In this document: positions 58,705 through 58,903 of the stretch, in pieces
Layout of the letters: each line of letters opens with the position of its first letter
How positions within the stretch are numbered: the first letter of the stretch is position 1
Assembly (NCBI GenBank): GCA_021107795.1
Contig: JAIOSB010000009.1
Coordinates: 1-58,903, forward strand
Length of the DNA: 58,903 nucleotides
Direction of reading: 5' to 3'
From: a bacterium
Lineage (GTDB): Bacteria > Patescibacteriota > Dojkabacteria > SC72
Notes under the pieces: model-generated
What the model was told of the DNA's origin: nothing
What the model saw: the letters and a program-made list of their open reading frames with translations, nothing else
Database searches by the model: none
Position numbers and translations under genes: made by a program

Positions 58705-58903
58705 ATGTCAAATCCTAGTGTAATGTCTGAAAAAGAACCTATCAACAACGAACTTAATTGTATCGTGAACGAAGAAAGAGCAATAGAAGTTATTCAACTT
58801 GCACTCGCCGAATATAACAATCCCGAAAGTAAATTCTTCAAAGACAAAAATCAGCCAGAAGAAAGTTACATAAACTTTCTAATAGAAAAAGACGTAAATG
58901 ACA
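58705..58903 (+). CDS. hypothetical protein, N-terminal fragment running off the right edge
   Basis: ATG at 58705, open to the window end: MSNPSVMSEKEPINNELNCIVNEERAIEVIQLALAEYNNPESKFFKDKNQPEESYINFLIEKDVND. No motif was recognised. Confidence 0.4.
   Translation, partial: MSNPSVMSEKEPINNELNCIVNEERAIEVIQLALAEYNNPESKFFKDKNQPEESYINFLIEKDVND

Noticed and set aside
1-58903. Alternative genetic code (UGA recoding, as in some candidate phyla)
   Set aside because: Conserved proteins terminate at their expected lengths on TGA (murG at 14551..14553, recG at 32596..32598). All housekeeping ORFs are full length under the standard code.

Overview
AT-rich, very compact bacterial window read with the standard code (TGA is used as a stop, for example at murG and recG). 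Genes often abut or overlap, including convergent pairs. This is compatible with a small-genome lineage such as Patescibacteria/CPR, but the taxon cannot be proven from the sequence. From 1 to about 54.2 kb the content is almost all housekeeping. It includes a rearranged division/cell-wall cluster (ftsW-murG-murB-murA, inverted murF, then mraZ-rsmH-ftsL-ftsI-mraY with a clear MraZ operator). It also includes translation genes (tyrS, thrS-infC-rpmI-rplT-pheS-pheT, hisS, def), RNA-modification genes (rsmH, rsmI, rsmD, truB, a SpoU-type gene, a MiaB-like gene) and DNA repair genes (recG, mutS, rarA). Also present are prs, pyk, a PEP-synthase-like gene, PBP1A, tig-clpP, a sortase with a candidate substrate, and four tRNAs. 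Housekeeping synteny ends at tRNA-Val(GAC) (54204..54280). Downstream lies the main finding: at least five single-gene units separated by four 32-nt direct repeats that are diverged copies of the tRNA-Val 3' end. The units carry unrelated accessory genes: a Zn-ribbon/Mrr-like nuclease, a histidine phosphatase, a VOC-like protein, a G+C-richer secreted Cys-peptidase-like lipoprotein and an unknown partial ORF. No recombinase is visible in the window. I read this as a cassette array anchored on the tRNA attachment site, possibly mobilised in trans. All calls rest on reading motifs in the supplied ORF translations and on hand-folding RNAs. No database search was run, and start codons are provisional where alternatives exist.
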